From the NCBI RefSeq assembly GCF_022045235.1, contig NW_027266267.1:35216001-35280000 (forward strand): 64,000 nucleotides of DNA, written 5' to 3'. Below the pieces are notes generated by a model. That model was not told where the DNA came from and did not search any database. It saw nothing but the letters and a program-made list of their open reading frames with translations. The translations under genes and the position numbers were made by a program. Shown piece after piece: positions 12,501 to 24,674 of this stretch (positions are counted from its first letter, which is position 1; every line of letters starts with the position of its first letter). Source of the stretch: Haliotis cracherodii (Eukaryota).

Positions 12501-14037
12501 CAGATAGGTCATACCTTAAGTAAGGTTGTTACTGACTCTCTTTCCATGCTATTTGTCTTGATGTGAGAACATTATATATTTTACTTTGTTGTTCATAATC
12601 GTTCATTTATTCACAGTAACTAAGCTAAGTCAGTATCCTATTCGAGCAAACTGCAGCCATAAAATATCGTGTGAAAAACGCAATATCAAGTGCGCAATAT
12701 TAGTGTCATACATTCCTGACTGTTTCTAAATATCATATACATCGTAGCCAAATGTTAGTATGACGACCAGTACACTACCGTGATTATCGTTCCTCGGGGC
12801 AGTAGTTATCTTGATAGTTGTAAGTTTTGACAAGGTTGTTGCTGCTTCGGTCAGTTGTGAAGTTGCCTTTATGTTAGTCCCTGCGAAGCCTGCCGACATA
12901 AATGATACAGAAATAATCATGAGGGAACAGAATTACACACGACTATAGTTTGAATAATCTTCTAGGTGAGCCAACATCAGTTATGCTTAGTGTGTTTTTT
13001 AAAATGACGTTCGAACATTTTACATATAGAGTTACTAACTAAAATGTGTGGATAGCTAGAGACACATAGTATACAGGGGATCATTAAAACTATCAAGTAT
13101 TGTATTTGAACTATTATTGTTCCACCAGCATTAATGTGAATGGCATAACTGGTAAAACTCAATACAATGTTTCTCTTAATATAATATGCATCGTTAGTTT
13201 AACAGACACACAACTACCTTTTGAATGGCCGCAGACATAAATAATAAATAATATAAATATATTATGGCATTTACAATCTCAATATCGATACGTCTCTGTG
13301 GTCAGATAGTTAAAGCATCTGTCTGACACGATGTGTCATAACATGATGTGTGAGATCAAAAGGAGACGTTGATTTAAAAAAAGGGAATATGAGTGCATGA
13401 CAAAAAGATCATACCTAAAGCAAGGTTGTTGCTTACTCTCTTGCGTTGATCCTCACATCGCCACACAGTCCCAGCTTGGAGGTATTGAGTTGTCGTTAGA
13501 GTCATGTTGTGTTGGGTGTAACCACAGCTTACACTGACATCCGTTGAAGTGTATAGGTCATAACCATATGTATAAGTATCGCCTGAGCTTTTTGGTGGGT
13601 TCTTTGCACACGTTGTCCCCACAAACACTGACGTGAGAACTCGTACGTCATCCATGTACCATTTTGTAAACTCTATGTTGATAGTGGTGTCAGTTGCGGT
13701 GCAGACTAAGGTGACATCATCGCCTGACTTGAACTGAGTGAGTTCCAGAGGGAGACCACCTGCAACATTCCAACATACAACCAGCATGAGTAGCATCCAG
13801 AACACAAACATGCAGTGACATTCTTTGTCGTTCTTCATGTACTTATAATGCCCGAATAGCTTTAACATGCAAACACAAAACAGATCGGATATATAGTGCT
13901 ACAATCACTATCAAATTTCACCTACGACATTTCAATGGTTCTACCCTTCGCATGATAAGAAATTCAAACCTACTGTTATTTGTGTATGCAATCCATCCTA
14001 TACACAGCATAGTAATCAGGTGAATCCTAATGTCCAT
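9394..14037 (-). CDS. Gene B: single-Ig type-I receptor with ITAM-like/ITIM-like tail (model crosses gap 12124-12287)
   Basis: Exons 14037-13974 (SP), 13759-13415 (Ig), 12889-12779 and 11796-11716 (stalks), 10322-10203 (TM), probable microexon 9883-9838, terminal 9578-9394. The cytoplasmic microexon phases are not fully resolved. Confidence 0.7.
10203..10322 (-). CDS. Gene B transmembrane exon
   Basis: NKNAIIIMVMAGGGVVIFIISVLCLCFVRRQRRIGKATQG; 120 nt, phase 1-1. Confidence 0.85.
11012..11180 (+). mobile_element. SINE family 1, diverged copy
   Basis: Homologous to 2275-2443. A duplicate sits at the equivalent position at 18041. Confidence 0.8.
11716..11796 (-). CDS. Gene B second stalk exon (ILGTAYESTRPLIASATTTTSDIAIHG)
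   Basis: 81 nt, phase 1-1. Homolog at 49866-49946 (+). Confidence 0.65.
11885..12340 (+). mobile_element. SINE family 3 spanning the assembly gap
   Basis: Homologous to 52847-53205 on both sides of the N-run. Confidence 0.7.
12124..12287. other. Assembly gap (N-run)
   Basis: Run of N bases. Confidence 1.
12779..12889 (-). CDS. Gene B stalk exon
   Basis: GFAGTNIKATSQLTEAATTLSKLTTIKITTAPRNDNHG; 111 nt. Confidence 0.8.
13415..13759 (-). CDS. Gene B Ig domain exon
   Basis: 345 nt, phase 1-1, paralog of 6583-6927. Confidence 0.85.
13974..14037 (-). CDS. Gene B signal-peptide exon (MDIRIHLITMLCIGWIAYTNN)
   Basis: 64 nt with a phase-1 donor. Confidence 0.75.
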
Positions 14038-14666
14038 GTTTCTCCTCAATCATCCTCTCGTGAACATTCTTTTAGGTTTGGTTGAAAGAACTCAATGGAA
14101 GTTACCACATATGAAATGCACACGGCGCAATATGTAGCATTCTTCGTGAACAAACATAAGCGCTCCACTATATGTGCAATACATCCTTATAAGGGAGGAA
14201 ATAGTCCAACAATCAGCCTTTACTCGCATTCAGTTGTTATTTTTCCTTGTATGGGTATTGATGAATACATACCTGTACGTTCTGAAGGTTTGGTGTTTGC
14301 TAAAACTGAAACTGACTCGCGCAAGTACCTTTGCTCTTGCAATTAATGCGTTCAGATAAAACTAAACATCATATAAACTATCCCTTATGAAATACGGACA
14401 CATCACCGAGAGAAATAAACAAAATGTGTTGAGCTTGAAATTACGTTCAGGTATTGCAATCAGGTGTGACACAATGAGGATTAATTAACCAGATTTCCTC
14501 ATGGTAGTTTGCCGAGATATGTGATAAACAGAGTCAGATAAACAGACCTCATTTAGCTGTGAGTAATAGCACTGTGACATCTAGCATAGTAATAATTTGT
14601 TTGCTTCAGAATAAGATGTATGGACAGGGCGTAAACTTGTTTCTTTCAAACTTTAGGAGAAAGAAC

Positions 14667-14990
14667 CGATTCTGTGGTCTAGTTGATGGAGCGTCTGTCG
14701 AGAGAGCCAGAGGTCGGTAGGGCTCCAACCCTGGCCGCGTGAAACCAAAAGACGTAAACAATATACTTGTTGTAATCCTGCTCGGCGTTTGGTATTAAGA
14801 GGACAAAACAATGACTGGTGGGCTGGGAGTACAAGGAGTTGAATATTTACTAAGACTGTGGCATGATATATATCGGTTGCTCTGGCACTATAACTACAGC
14901 ATATGTTCGGACAAGTACAAGAAGCCACACACGTCAGCTAAATCCAGGATATAATCTTGAAAGTGATGTTAAACTCCATTTCATCATACA
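14667..14990 (+). mobile_element. SINE family 3, duplicate of 7866-8200
   Basis: Same position within the ~7-kb segmental duplication. Confidence 0.7.
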
Positions 14991-16439
14991 TTATAGTCAC
15001 ATCTGATCAATACAAACTTCTCTGTACCGTGGTGGGATAGCCACAGCAAGTCATAAATAATGACCACTGGTCTACGTAACTAATATCTGGACGTTTGAAT
15101 TGCACCAAATTTGTGTTGCCCATGCATTTCATTCATACAACTTGCACAACTGCTATTTGGTGGTTGCGTGCAGTACTCGATGCGTATACCAAAGGGACAA
15201 TTCTTCATTTTCTATCCAGTCGTATTTGGATCATGTATTTGATGCACTGGTGAAAAGGCTTTCTTTCTACATGTGCTGTTCAGGAGAAGATACCAGTATC
15301 TGCCGGTGTCATGACTACGAATAGCTGTACTCCGTATGGACGAGCACACAGTAATGTTTTGCCCTCAGTATATACATGTATACATTTCCTTCTTTAAAGG
15401 AACCATACAATACTATTGTCATCGTTGTATATGAGCTCTGTCATTTTACACAATTATTTCAGGTCCGTGTGCCTGAAATTTCAAAGAGATCTGAAGGAAC
15501 TGACCACTGGTAGATACTTTCCTACACGTTATTGCGAGTAGGAGTTATATAAACACCGTATAATTAAAACTTGAAATTGTGTTTTTCCAGGTCGTAGTAT
15601 ACAAAATGTCGTGGTGAAATTGGTAATCTAGTTATAGTATATTGCAATGTTTGATAGTAAATGTGCGATTAAGGAGTTAATTAAAAACAAAGACATTGAT
15701 TAAGCTGTGAACTTTTCAAACCTTTATTATTACCAAAAGAGAACATTAAGAAATAAATAGAAACTTCAACAATTCCAAACTAGTGCAAAAAGCCTATTGT
15801 AGAGACTTCATACGTTTATTTTATAATGCGGTTTCAGGACATTCACTCATTCACTCCTGATAAGAGGCATTCACATGTACATAACATGTAACGTGGGTAA
15901 CGTTTGTGTAACAAAGGATTTCAAAAGGGAGAACTTACACATATGTTTGAAGTGATACTTACACGTAATATACGATGCAAGTGATAGTAAATCCAAGATA
16001 AAATGTAAAGGTTATGTGTATGTTCTATGCAGACACTAATTGAGTGGAGAATTGGTTTTGAGAAATTTGAAAACGTCAACACCAGATAATCAGTCTCGAT
16101 CATCTGCCGAAACAAAGTCCCTTGGTGTAAACCCAAAGTACTGATGACAATGGTATGACTGGATAACTGAAATTCAGCGACAACTCCGGGTGTTCGCGAA
16201 AAGGTATCCAAGTCCAGCCTTTACCAGCAGTGCCTGTCGCTCACACTGTCAAAAAAGTATGTTTGTTGCCATACCCAAAAGTACTTTTGCTATATATATA
16301 CGGCGATACTAAGAGAGTTCTTTCGAAAAGTCCAAGCCAATTAAACAAATGACGTAATGTCATTATGATAGTAGTCAAAAATACTGGCAGAAAATGCCAC
16401 AAACGAACTTGCTTGTCTAAACACTGTGGATTGACACTA

Positions 16440-16624
16440 CTATGTTTTCATGGGTGGGTTTTCGTAGTCAGCATTCTTGGGTACAGTGTTGTAGTAAACA
16501 TCGTTTGCGTGTATGCTGGACTGTCTGGCAGCTTCCATCTTAATCTCGGAGTAACAAGGATCTGTATTGCCATTGTGAGCCAAAGTGTCGTAGTGAGGTG
16601 TGTCAACCTCAGCCAGTGATTCAT
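16440..16624 (-). CDS. Gene C terminal cytoplasmic exon
   Basis: DESLAEVDTPHYDTLAHNGNTDPCYSEIKMEAARQSSIHANDVYYNTVPKNADYENPPMKT*. All five Tyr are shared with B. Confidence 0.8.
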
Positions 16625-19600
16625 CTGCACAAACACGAATACAATTTAAAACTTAAGAATCAAGCATTGTTGACATAAGGCATAGTTTACATGACACACA
16701 CGGGTGCAAGCTGCATCAGTACATTGTATCTGTGATACAAGGCCACAAGACAGTAATCGTATTTTTTTCTTTTGTATTGAGATATATGTTAGATATTCTC
16801 AGTAGAAACTACTGTCAGCAGTGGAACAAAACACTACGTTGTTGCTCGATCATAAAACAGTAAATTCACATCCAATCAGCACTGATCGTATACGTGGCTT
16901 TACAATCAGCTCCGGCTGTATACAATATCGGCTTATGAATTGGAAACAAAAGGTAAAAAGAAATTAAAACTGGACGTGTGGTCCAGTCATCTAGGGTGCC
17001 GCAATTCGTTGTACAATGTTGCGTCTCTTGGGCACGCTAAAAACCTAGGAATACCGCCTCGCATTAATACAACGGGAATACTGTGCAAAGCTGCATTGTA
17101 CACAACTCACTCACTCACGCACTATAATTAAAGCGTGAGAAAATGATTATCGAGAAAAGGACAACAATAGGAACTGACAACTGTAAATAAATGTAAAAAA
17201 GTATATGGAGAAAATATTAGAAAGAGTTCACCTTGTGTAGCTTTTCCAATTCTTCTTCGCCTCCTCACAAAACATACACAGAGAACACTTATGATGAGGA
17301 TCACCACGCCACCTCCCGCCATAACCATGATGATTATGGCGTTTTTATTACCTTGAAAAAGAAAAATATGAAAACTAATGCTGGGCTACATGTATGAGTT
17401 GTTTTGTGCATAGAGGTTGTTGCAATAAGTATTGAATAATCTAATAAAAGCAAACACATTGATAAGCAGCGAAACCAGTCTTTGTAGGATGTATGCTGAT
17501 GCTGTTATGGAGCTATGACATGATGTTATTTACAGTATACTGTTTCACGAACACCATAAATAGTTAAGGTTATTTCGGAAGCTTTTGAATGGGAGACTGG
17601 TATCGCTTTCATATATCAAAGATACGTACAACCTGTTCTTTTGCCAAAATGAAGTGTCCTGCAGAGCATGAAGACAGGAGGTATACATAAAAGAACGTGT
17701 CTCATAAACTATATTTTACAAATGTTTGTTCCTCATCAGTCAACGACTGCCATGAAAACCGACTAATATTGGAGTCTGGTGGATTCGGTTTATAATCGTT
17801 ACCCGAACAAGTATTGTTCTGGGGACACCAAAAATGGGCTTTACACCTTGTTCAGAACGTCGTTAGTAATGGGTGTCTGTTCCATGATTTATTATTTAGC
17901 AGTGACATATTTGTGGAGGTCTTGTATAGTGTAATATTACATACTTCCATACAGCAGGGTTGACCTGTTATAAATTCTGCAATATCAAGAGCCATAACAT
18001 ACTAAAATATATCACCATGATGTTTGTTTGAATAAATGCTGGGCCGGTGGGGTAGCTTAGCGGTTAAAGCGGTCGCTCGTCACGCCAAAGAACAGGGTCC
18101 GATTTCCCACTTGGGTACATTGTGTGAAACCCATTTCTGGTGTCCCCAACCGTGATATTACTGCAACATTGCTAAAAGCAACGTAAAACAATAGTCACTC
18201 ACTCAAATAATCGAGGCTCAATGCATATTGATATTATGTCTTAGATCATGTGTCTGTAAAAGAGATTATTGAAAGACCATAATTGTCCTACTGATGTATT
18301 ACTTCCTAATCCTTTTGATCTCCCGTTTAGAAAATTGCACTGAGCAGAATCGCAGTTTCAGAAAATCACAAATGTCGAGTGGCGTGAACAATCTTCATCT
18401 ATGGCGTCGTTTCCAGTGTGACGCTATTCCGACCTTAAGCATCAAAAGGATTCAAATGACTTCAACAATGCCATCAGAATGACGGAAACAATGTCTTTTG
18501 CACTAGTACACATGCATTTTTCATGAACTCGGTCTTTTCTAACTCTATGGGTAATCATAGTTGTAATATATATGTTCCTGACTTTTCCTAAATCTAAAAT
18601 ACATTGTACTGCCAAACCTTTAGCTTAATAAGTATGTCGGCATAAGTTTAAATATGATAACTGGTGTCAATACAAATTAAAGTCTCTCTAAATATAATAT
18701 GCACTGTATGCAAACGCTAGTTTAATTAGTTGGTGCACAACTACCTCGAATAGCTCTGACAGGAACTGCGTGAGTTCCAGAGGGAAGCCACCTGCAACAT
18801 TCCAACATACATTAGAATATATTGTGTTATACATTCCTGACTGTTTCTAAATACCATATACATCTTAGCCAAAGGTTAGTATGACGACAAGTACACAACT
18901 ACCTTGATTATCGTTCCTCGGGGGAGTAGTTATCTTGATAGTTGTAAGTTTTGCCAACTTTGTTGCTGATTCAGTCTGCTGTGGACTTGTGTTATTGGAA
19001 GTCACTGCAAAGCCTGCCGACATGAATAATAAAAACAAATAAACAATTATGAAATTTGCTTGCCCACCATAGAGGACATAAAATTACATACTAGTATTGT
19101 TTGAATAATCTGCAAGATGAATCAACATCAGTTATGTTTAGAGTTGTTGCGAAAGGACGTTCGAACATTTTACATATGAAGTTACTAACTAAAATGTGTG
19201 GATAGCTGGAGACACATAATTGATCAATAATATACAGAGGGTTATTCAAACTATCAGATATTGTAATTGACCTACGAGTGTTCAGATGGCTTTCACCAGC
19301 ATCATTTGTTTGTTTTGTTTGTTGTTTAACGCCGCACTCAGCAATATTCCAACTACTCGACGGTCTGTAAATAATCGAGTCTTGACCAGACACTCAAGTG
19401 ATTACCATCACGAGCACCGATTCACGCAATATGGATACGATGACATGCATCAACCAAGTCAGCGAGCTTGACCACCCGATCCCGTTAGTCGCCTCTTATG
19501 ACAAACATAGTCGCCTTTTACCGCAAGCATGGGTTGCTGAAGACCTATTCTACCCCGGATTTTCACGGGTCTTCACCAGCACTAAATATAATATGCATCA

Positions 19601-20462
19601 TTAGTTTAACAGACACAAAACTACCTGGAGTATACATAAATAAAATAAATTAAAGGTGGCATTTACTTGCTCAATATCGATACGTAAGAACAATCTAATT
19701 GTTATCTCCTCTGTAGTCAAATGGTTAGAGCGTCTGTCTGACACGATGTGTCATAACATGATGTGTGAGATCAAAAGGAAACGTTGATATTGATAAAGAA
19801 ATATGGGCGCATGGCAAAAAGATCATACCTAGCGTAAGGTTGTTACTGACTCTCCTGCGCTGATCCTCACACCGCCATACAGTGCCAGCATGGAGGTACT
19901 GAGTTGTAGTTAGTGTCATGTTGTGCTGGTGGTCACTACAGCTTACACTGACATCCGTTGATGTGTATAGGTCATAACTATATGCATAAGTATCGCCTGT
20001 GCTGTTGGGTGGGTTTTTTGAACAAGTTTTCCCCACAAAAACTGAAATGAGAACTCGTACGTCATCCATATACCATTGTGTGAACTCTATGTTGACAGTG
20101 GTTTTAGTAGCGGTGCAGACTAAGGTGGCATCATCGCCTGACTGGAACTGAGTGAATTCTAGAGGGAAACCACCTGCAACATTCCAACATACATTAGAAT
20201 AAATCAGGCAAACAGGTTGTGATTTTCGTACTTTGTCATTCTTCAACACCTGTCATGTTGAATTCCGTCAGCGTACACAAAGAAACGTGGTGAGGGAGTA
20301 CTTTTCAATACTGTGATTGCTAATTACACTATATACACCATTGCACCATATCTTTATGTATATAGACAATTCAATACTTTGTATAATGACAAAGGGAAAC
20401 CTACGTGTGTGCGCAATCCGTCCTATCCAAAACAGGGTAGTCAGGTATGTGAGACATCCCAT
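16440..20462 (-). CDS. Gene C: single-Ig type-I receptor, B-type tail
   Basis: Exons 20462-20405 (SP), 20173-19829 (Ig), 19013-18903 (stalk), 17351-17232 (TM), probable 16915-16870, terminal 16624-16440. Confidence 0.75.
17232..17351 (-). CDS. Gene C transmembrane exon
   Basis: IIIMVMAGGGVVILIISVLCVCFVRRRRRIGKATQG; 120 nt. Confidence 0.85.
18041..18204 (+). mobile_element. SINE family 1, duplicate of the 11012 copy
   Basis: Nearly identical sequence and flanks. Confidence 0.8.
18745..18791 (-). pseudogene. Chimeric pseudo-exon: Ig-exon start fused to the end of the 81-nt stalk exon
   Basis: ttgcag|GGFPLELTQF matches the 20173 exon start and is joined to gctattcgag|gtagttgtgcacc, which matches the 11716 exon end. 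47 nt, so it would shift the frame. Confidence 0.7.
18903..19013 (-). CDS. Gene C stalk exon
   Basis: GFAVTSNNTSPQQTESATKLAKLTTIKITTPPRNDNQG; 111 nt. Confidence 0.8.
19305..19572 (-). mobile_element. SINE-like interspersed repeat, family 2 ((AAAC)n tail)
   Basis: Homologous to 50533-50808 and 53484-53740. Flanked by a ttcaccagca duplication. Absent from the paralogous A and B introns. Confidence 0.85.
19829..20173 (-). CDS. Gene C Ig domain exon
   Basis: 345 nt, phase 1-1, 4 conserved Cys. Confidence 0.85.
20405..20462 (-). CDS. Gene C signal-peptide exon (MGCLTYLTTLFWIGRIAHT)
   Basis: Same gtaggt phase-1 donor as in A and B. Confidence 0.7.
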
Positions 20463-21864
20463 GTTACCAGCACATCGAATACACTCTCGTGAACGTCCCT
20501 TGAAGGTTGCTAAAATACTGTTAAACTAGTCACTGCACACCATGCCCTACACTGAGCTACATACAGTGTGTCTGTGCAGTCACCAACTACTCTCATGGAA
20601 ATGTTATTTCCTTGTTTAGATAGAGTCGGAATCAAGTTTTTTTGTTTTTTTATAACCATGGAAAAGTTTTTGTCGCTTTTATTTAGATAACGATGAATAC
20701 CTACCCATTATTGTGGATAGAATGGAACGGGTCGCTATTCAGAGTTTGATAGTAGGCGTGTGCACAACTTATTAAGAGCAGAATGCAACTGACCTGCGAC
20801 AGTACATTTGCCGTATAATTATAACATATATTTGGTTTGCCAAGAAATAATTACATGCAATGAAAATTTGCAGAAACTATGTTCAGATAGCCACGCGTAA
20901 AGTTTGGTGGTATTGATACTTGTTAATTTAAGTTTTACTGTCGGATCTTGACACAGTGGCAGTTCTCTCAAAGCAGCCTCGGGTAACCTGCCGATATGTT
21001 TGATATATGTGCGAGGCAGGCTAAAATAAGTTCGTTATCACAAACTATTGAAACCGCTATTGAAAATAAAACTGCCCTCGCCAAAAAAAGCTACGATAGC
21101 CAAAAAACGATATGATAGCCACATAATTCATGGAAGGTAAATGGACATGAGTGTTCGATCTGTTATTTATAGCTTTGTAAGGGGTGAGTGAATGACAATT
21201 ATTTTACGCCTTTTTACAATATTCCAGCAGTATGATGTCTGTCTGCAGTGTAAAACATTATTAAACAACTCATTCCCTCAACAACGTATGTGTCATGTAG
21301 TATCATGCACTTTATAAGCCACTACTCCACACGGAAAATGTAAACGCCATTGAAGTCATTCAAAAAAAAAAAAAAAAAAATTTCAATTTACAATGCACGT
21401 TAACCCAGCTCATGCTGACCTCATTGAGGAATGGACCCGGCTATACCTATGTTTATTGGTTTAATGTCACATACCATACACTTTAAATTGTTCACGCAAA
21501 CACATGTTGGAAGATGTCGCGATTATGACTACATGTATGTATTCATTTTAAAAAGAAAGATATCCTTGCTATTGAATGTAACTTTATGTAACTGTTTCTT
21601 CATTCAAAATAAAGCTTTTACCTCTCTTTTGCCAGTTTTCTTTATCAATCATAAGCTTAATATGTATCTGGTATTTTTTAATTCCATTTATCTAAGAGTA
21701 AATTGATACTGAATTCTCCTCCGTGATACGGGCGGACTTGGATGCAAGGGGAATACTTGTGTTCTATCACAGCAACCATATGGGAACACTTTCCAGTGAC
21801 ACTTGCACATGTGCTTTTTCGCTGGACCAAAGTGGTCACATGTTTCTCATTAATAGATAGATCT

Positions 21865-22090
21865 TAAGCAACCCATGCTTGCCGCGACTATGCTTGTCGT
21901 ATAAGGCGACTAACGGGATCGGGTGGCCAGGCTCGCTGACTTGGTTGATGCATGTCATCGTATCCAAATTGCGTGGATCTATGCTCATGATGTCCATCAC
22001 TGGATTGTCTGGTCCTGACTCGATTATTTCAAGACCGCCGTCATATAGCTGGAATATTGCTGAGTGTGGTGTTAAACAACAAACGGACAG
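21865..22090 (+). mobile_element. SINE-like family 2, 5'-truncated
   Basis: Homology to 50533-50808. Confidence 0.8.
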
Positions 22091-22744
22091 ACATGATTTA
22101 GTATATGATGTCCATCGTTCAACTTATACGTCTCCTGGGTTCTACGTATCAACGAATAACACTTGCATCCCGTGTATGTATATGAATAACATTGCTGCCC
22201 CAGGGTTCCATAGAGACAAACGGATATTAAAAAAAATATAATGTACCTAAACAGTTGTCTCTTTGCGAACTGATTCTCTCCTGTTATCGTATGGGTTGTA
22301 TCAACTGCACATCCATTAAGCATAGTCGGGCTAACGTGACTGAGAAGACAAACTAAACAATATGTGACCGATTGTTGCCAACGTTCAAATATTTGTCCGA
22401 CACACCAGTGGTTAAGAACATGATCAATGATCCACTCAACCAGGTAACACACTGCATAACAGTTGTCACTTACTGTGGTGTTGGGCTCTGATCTACCCTG
22501 GACATTAGGAATGACACAATCTGTGAATCAGTAAATGGATGCATGTACGTCACATGCGGTTTTAGCAGGCGACGATAAGAATCGTGTTGTTTGATAACCT
22601 GTCAGTAAAACATCCCCACCTCCGTTAAGACGACCCAGATGGGTATCATGGATACTTACATCACCCCCGCGATGCTTCTGGAGTGAGTGAGTGACTGAGT
22701 TGGATTTAATGGATTTAATGGTAAGTATGTATCTTGGTTTGGAA

Positions 22745-22895
22745 GGGGCGGAGGAGTAGCCTAATGGTTAAAGCGTTCGCTCGTCCCACCGAAGACACGG
22801 GTTCGATTCCCTTCACGGGTAGAATGTGTAAAGCGCTCGTGTCCCCGCCGTGATGTTGCTGGAATATTGCAAGCGGCATAAAACAATATTCACTC
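22745..22895 (+). mobile_element. SINE family 1
   Basis: Homology to 2275-2443. Confidence 0.8.
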
Positions 22896-23224
22896 TGGTG
22901 CTTCGCACCTCAGTGAGCAATACTCCAGCTATATCGCTGCGGCTTGTAAACAACTGTGTCAGCACTAGACAATCTAGTGATTGATTCTACTTGCAACGTG
23001 TCACACCTCCAGGGTGTCAATCAACCAAGCCACCGAGCCTCCCCGACCGATACATTGTGTCGCTTCTTACGACGTGCATAGGTGGTTAGAAGCGATTGGT
23101 GCCGGTAGTCAGTCTCCGTGACTCAGCCGATTGCGTGTCATCGTACCCGATGGCGTGGGACTCAAAACATCAGCCTCTCAACGCGTTTTAGAGGCCGCCG
23201 CGAAAAAACACGAATAATACTGAA

Positions 23225-23494
23225 TGTGAGTGAGTGAGTTGGGTTTAAGGCCGCTATTAACAGTATTCCAGTTATATCACGGCGTGTGGGAGGAAAGCCC
23301 GAAGTAATGCAGGTCTCAGACGTTTATTACTTCGGTGAAACCCACGAGCACGGGTATTGCTGACAAACCTAGAAACATAATTGGGGCGAACCGGAATTCG
23401 AACCCACAATCATAGGTTTCTGGTGTGTCCAAGGGCCACAACTCTGTACAGCGAATCGCGGCGCCTTAGACGACTGGGCCACCCGTGCCGCCCA
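23225..23494 (-). mobile_element. tRNA-derived SINE, family 4
   Basis: Head gggtggcccagtcgtctaaggcgc...gggttcgaattcc, (CTCA)n tail, TSD aatactgaatgtg. Second copy at 44632-44918. Confidence 0.85.
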
Positions 23495-24361
23495 ATACTG
23501 AATGTGCATTAAACAGCACGCATTAACTGCCTTTGATTTCCCAAATCAGTTCTACTGGAAGTACCGAGACACAATTCATTGTATATTTGAATACACATTT
23601 GTAGATAGCGATAATGTACATGTGACCTTATTCAGTTATTGCGATAGCATTCATCGGAACACGTTATTTTGACAGCTTCCGCGTCGCCATGTATGTACAA
23701 CAGGTGTCTTCTATCAATGCGTCAGCTAGTCTGTGATTCGACCATTTCACGTGATGTAGGAAGTTTGTCTAACGGATTTATCAATTACATCACATGCATG
23801 TAGTGGTGTAATGGTGTAGGCATCGGGTGTATGTCAGTATTGTAGCGAAGGCAAATAGCGGAAGGAGAGTAATCTCTTTATTGTCATTGTACTTTTATTT
23901 CGAATACTACCGTACACATATACACCTCACTCGGTGTTCCGGTCTATATTATATGTCCTGTTCCAGTCGATAAAGATCTTGTTCCGGTCTACACACCATC
24001 TTTTGTTTCCGACTGTACACTATCACCTGCTTGATAACGGTGTTAGAACCTACACCGAAACGTCGCTGCTAATTGTAATAAAGAAGTTGTTCATCCATAT
24101 ATGTTATCCTTACTTTGTACTCCAACGTCTAAATGCCTTTCAGAGAACTTACACGCAATAAGCAATTCTATGTCACGTTCTGTTTCAATCTACACATCGT
24201 GTTCTTTTCTCGTCTACATATCATCTTGATTTTATCCACTGCAGTTGTATTCAAACAGTTGAATTATACACCATGTCATTTTCCCATTTAAGAACATTTT
24301 GTAACTGATTTGTCCACATCAGTCATGTTGTAACTGTTGGCTTATTAATGAGCTGATTATA

Positions 24362-24674
24362 NNNNNNNNNNNNNNNNNNNNNNNNNNNNNNNNNNNNNNN
24401 NNNNNNNNNNNNNNNNNNNNNNNNNNNNNNNNNNNNNNNNNNNNNNNNNNNNNNNNNNNNNNNNNNNNNNNNNNNNNNNNNNNNNNNNNNNNNNNNNNNN
24501 NNNNNNNNNNNNNNNNNNNNNNNNNNNNNNNNNNNNNNNNNNNNNNNNNNNNNNNNNNNNNNNNNNNNNNNNNNNNNNNNNNNNNNNNNNNNNNNNNNNN
24601 NNNNNNNNNNNNNNNNNNNNNNNNNNNNNNNNNNNNNNNNNNNNNNNNNNNNNNNNNNNNNNNNNNNNNNNNNN
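24362..24674. other. Assembly gap (N-run)
   Basis: Run of N bases. Confidence 1.
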
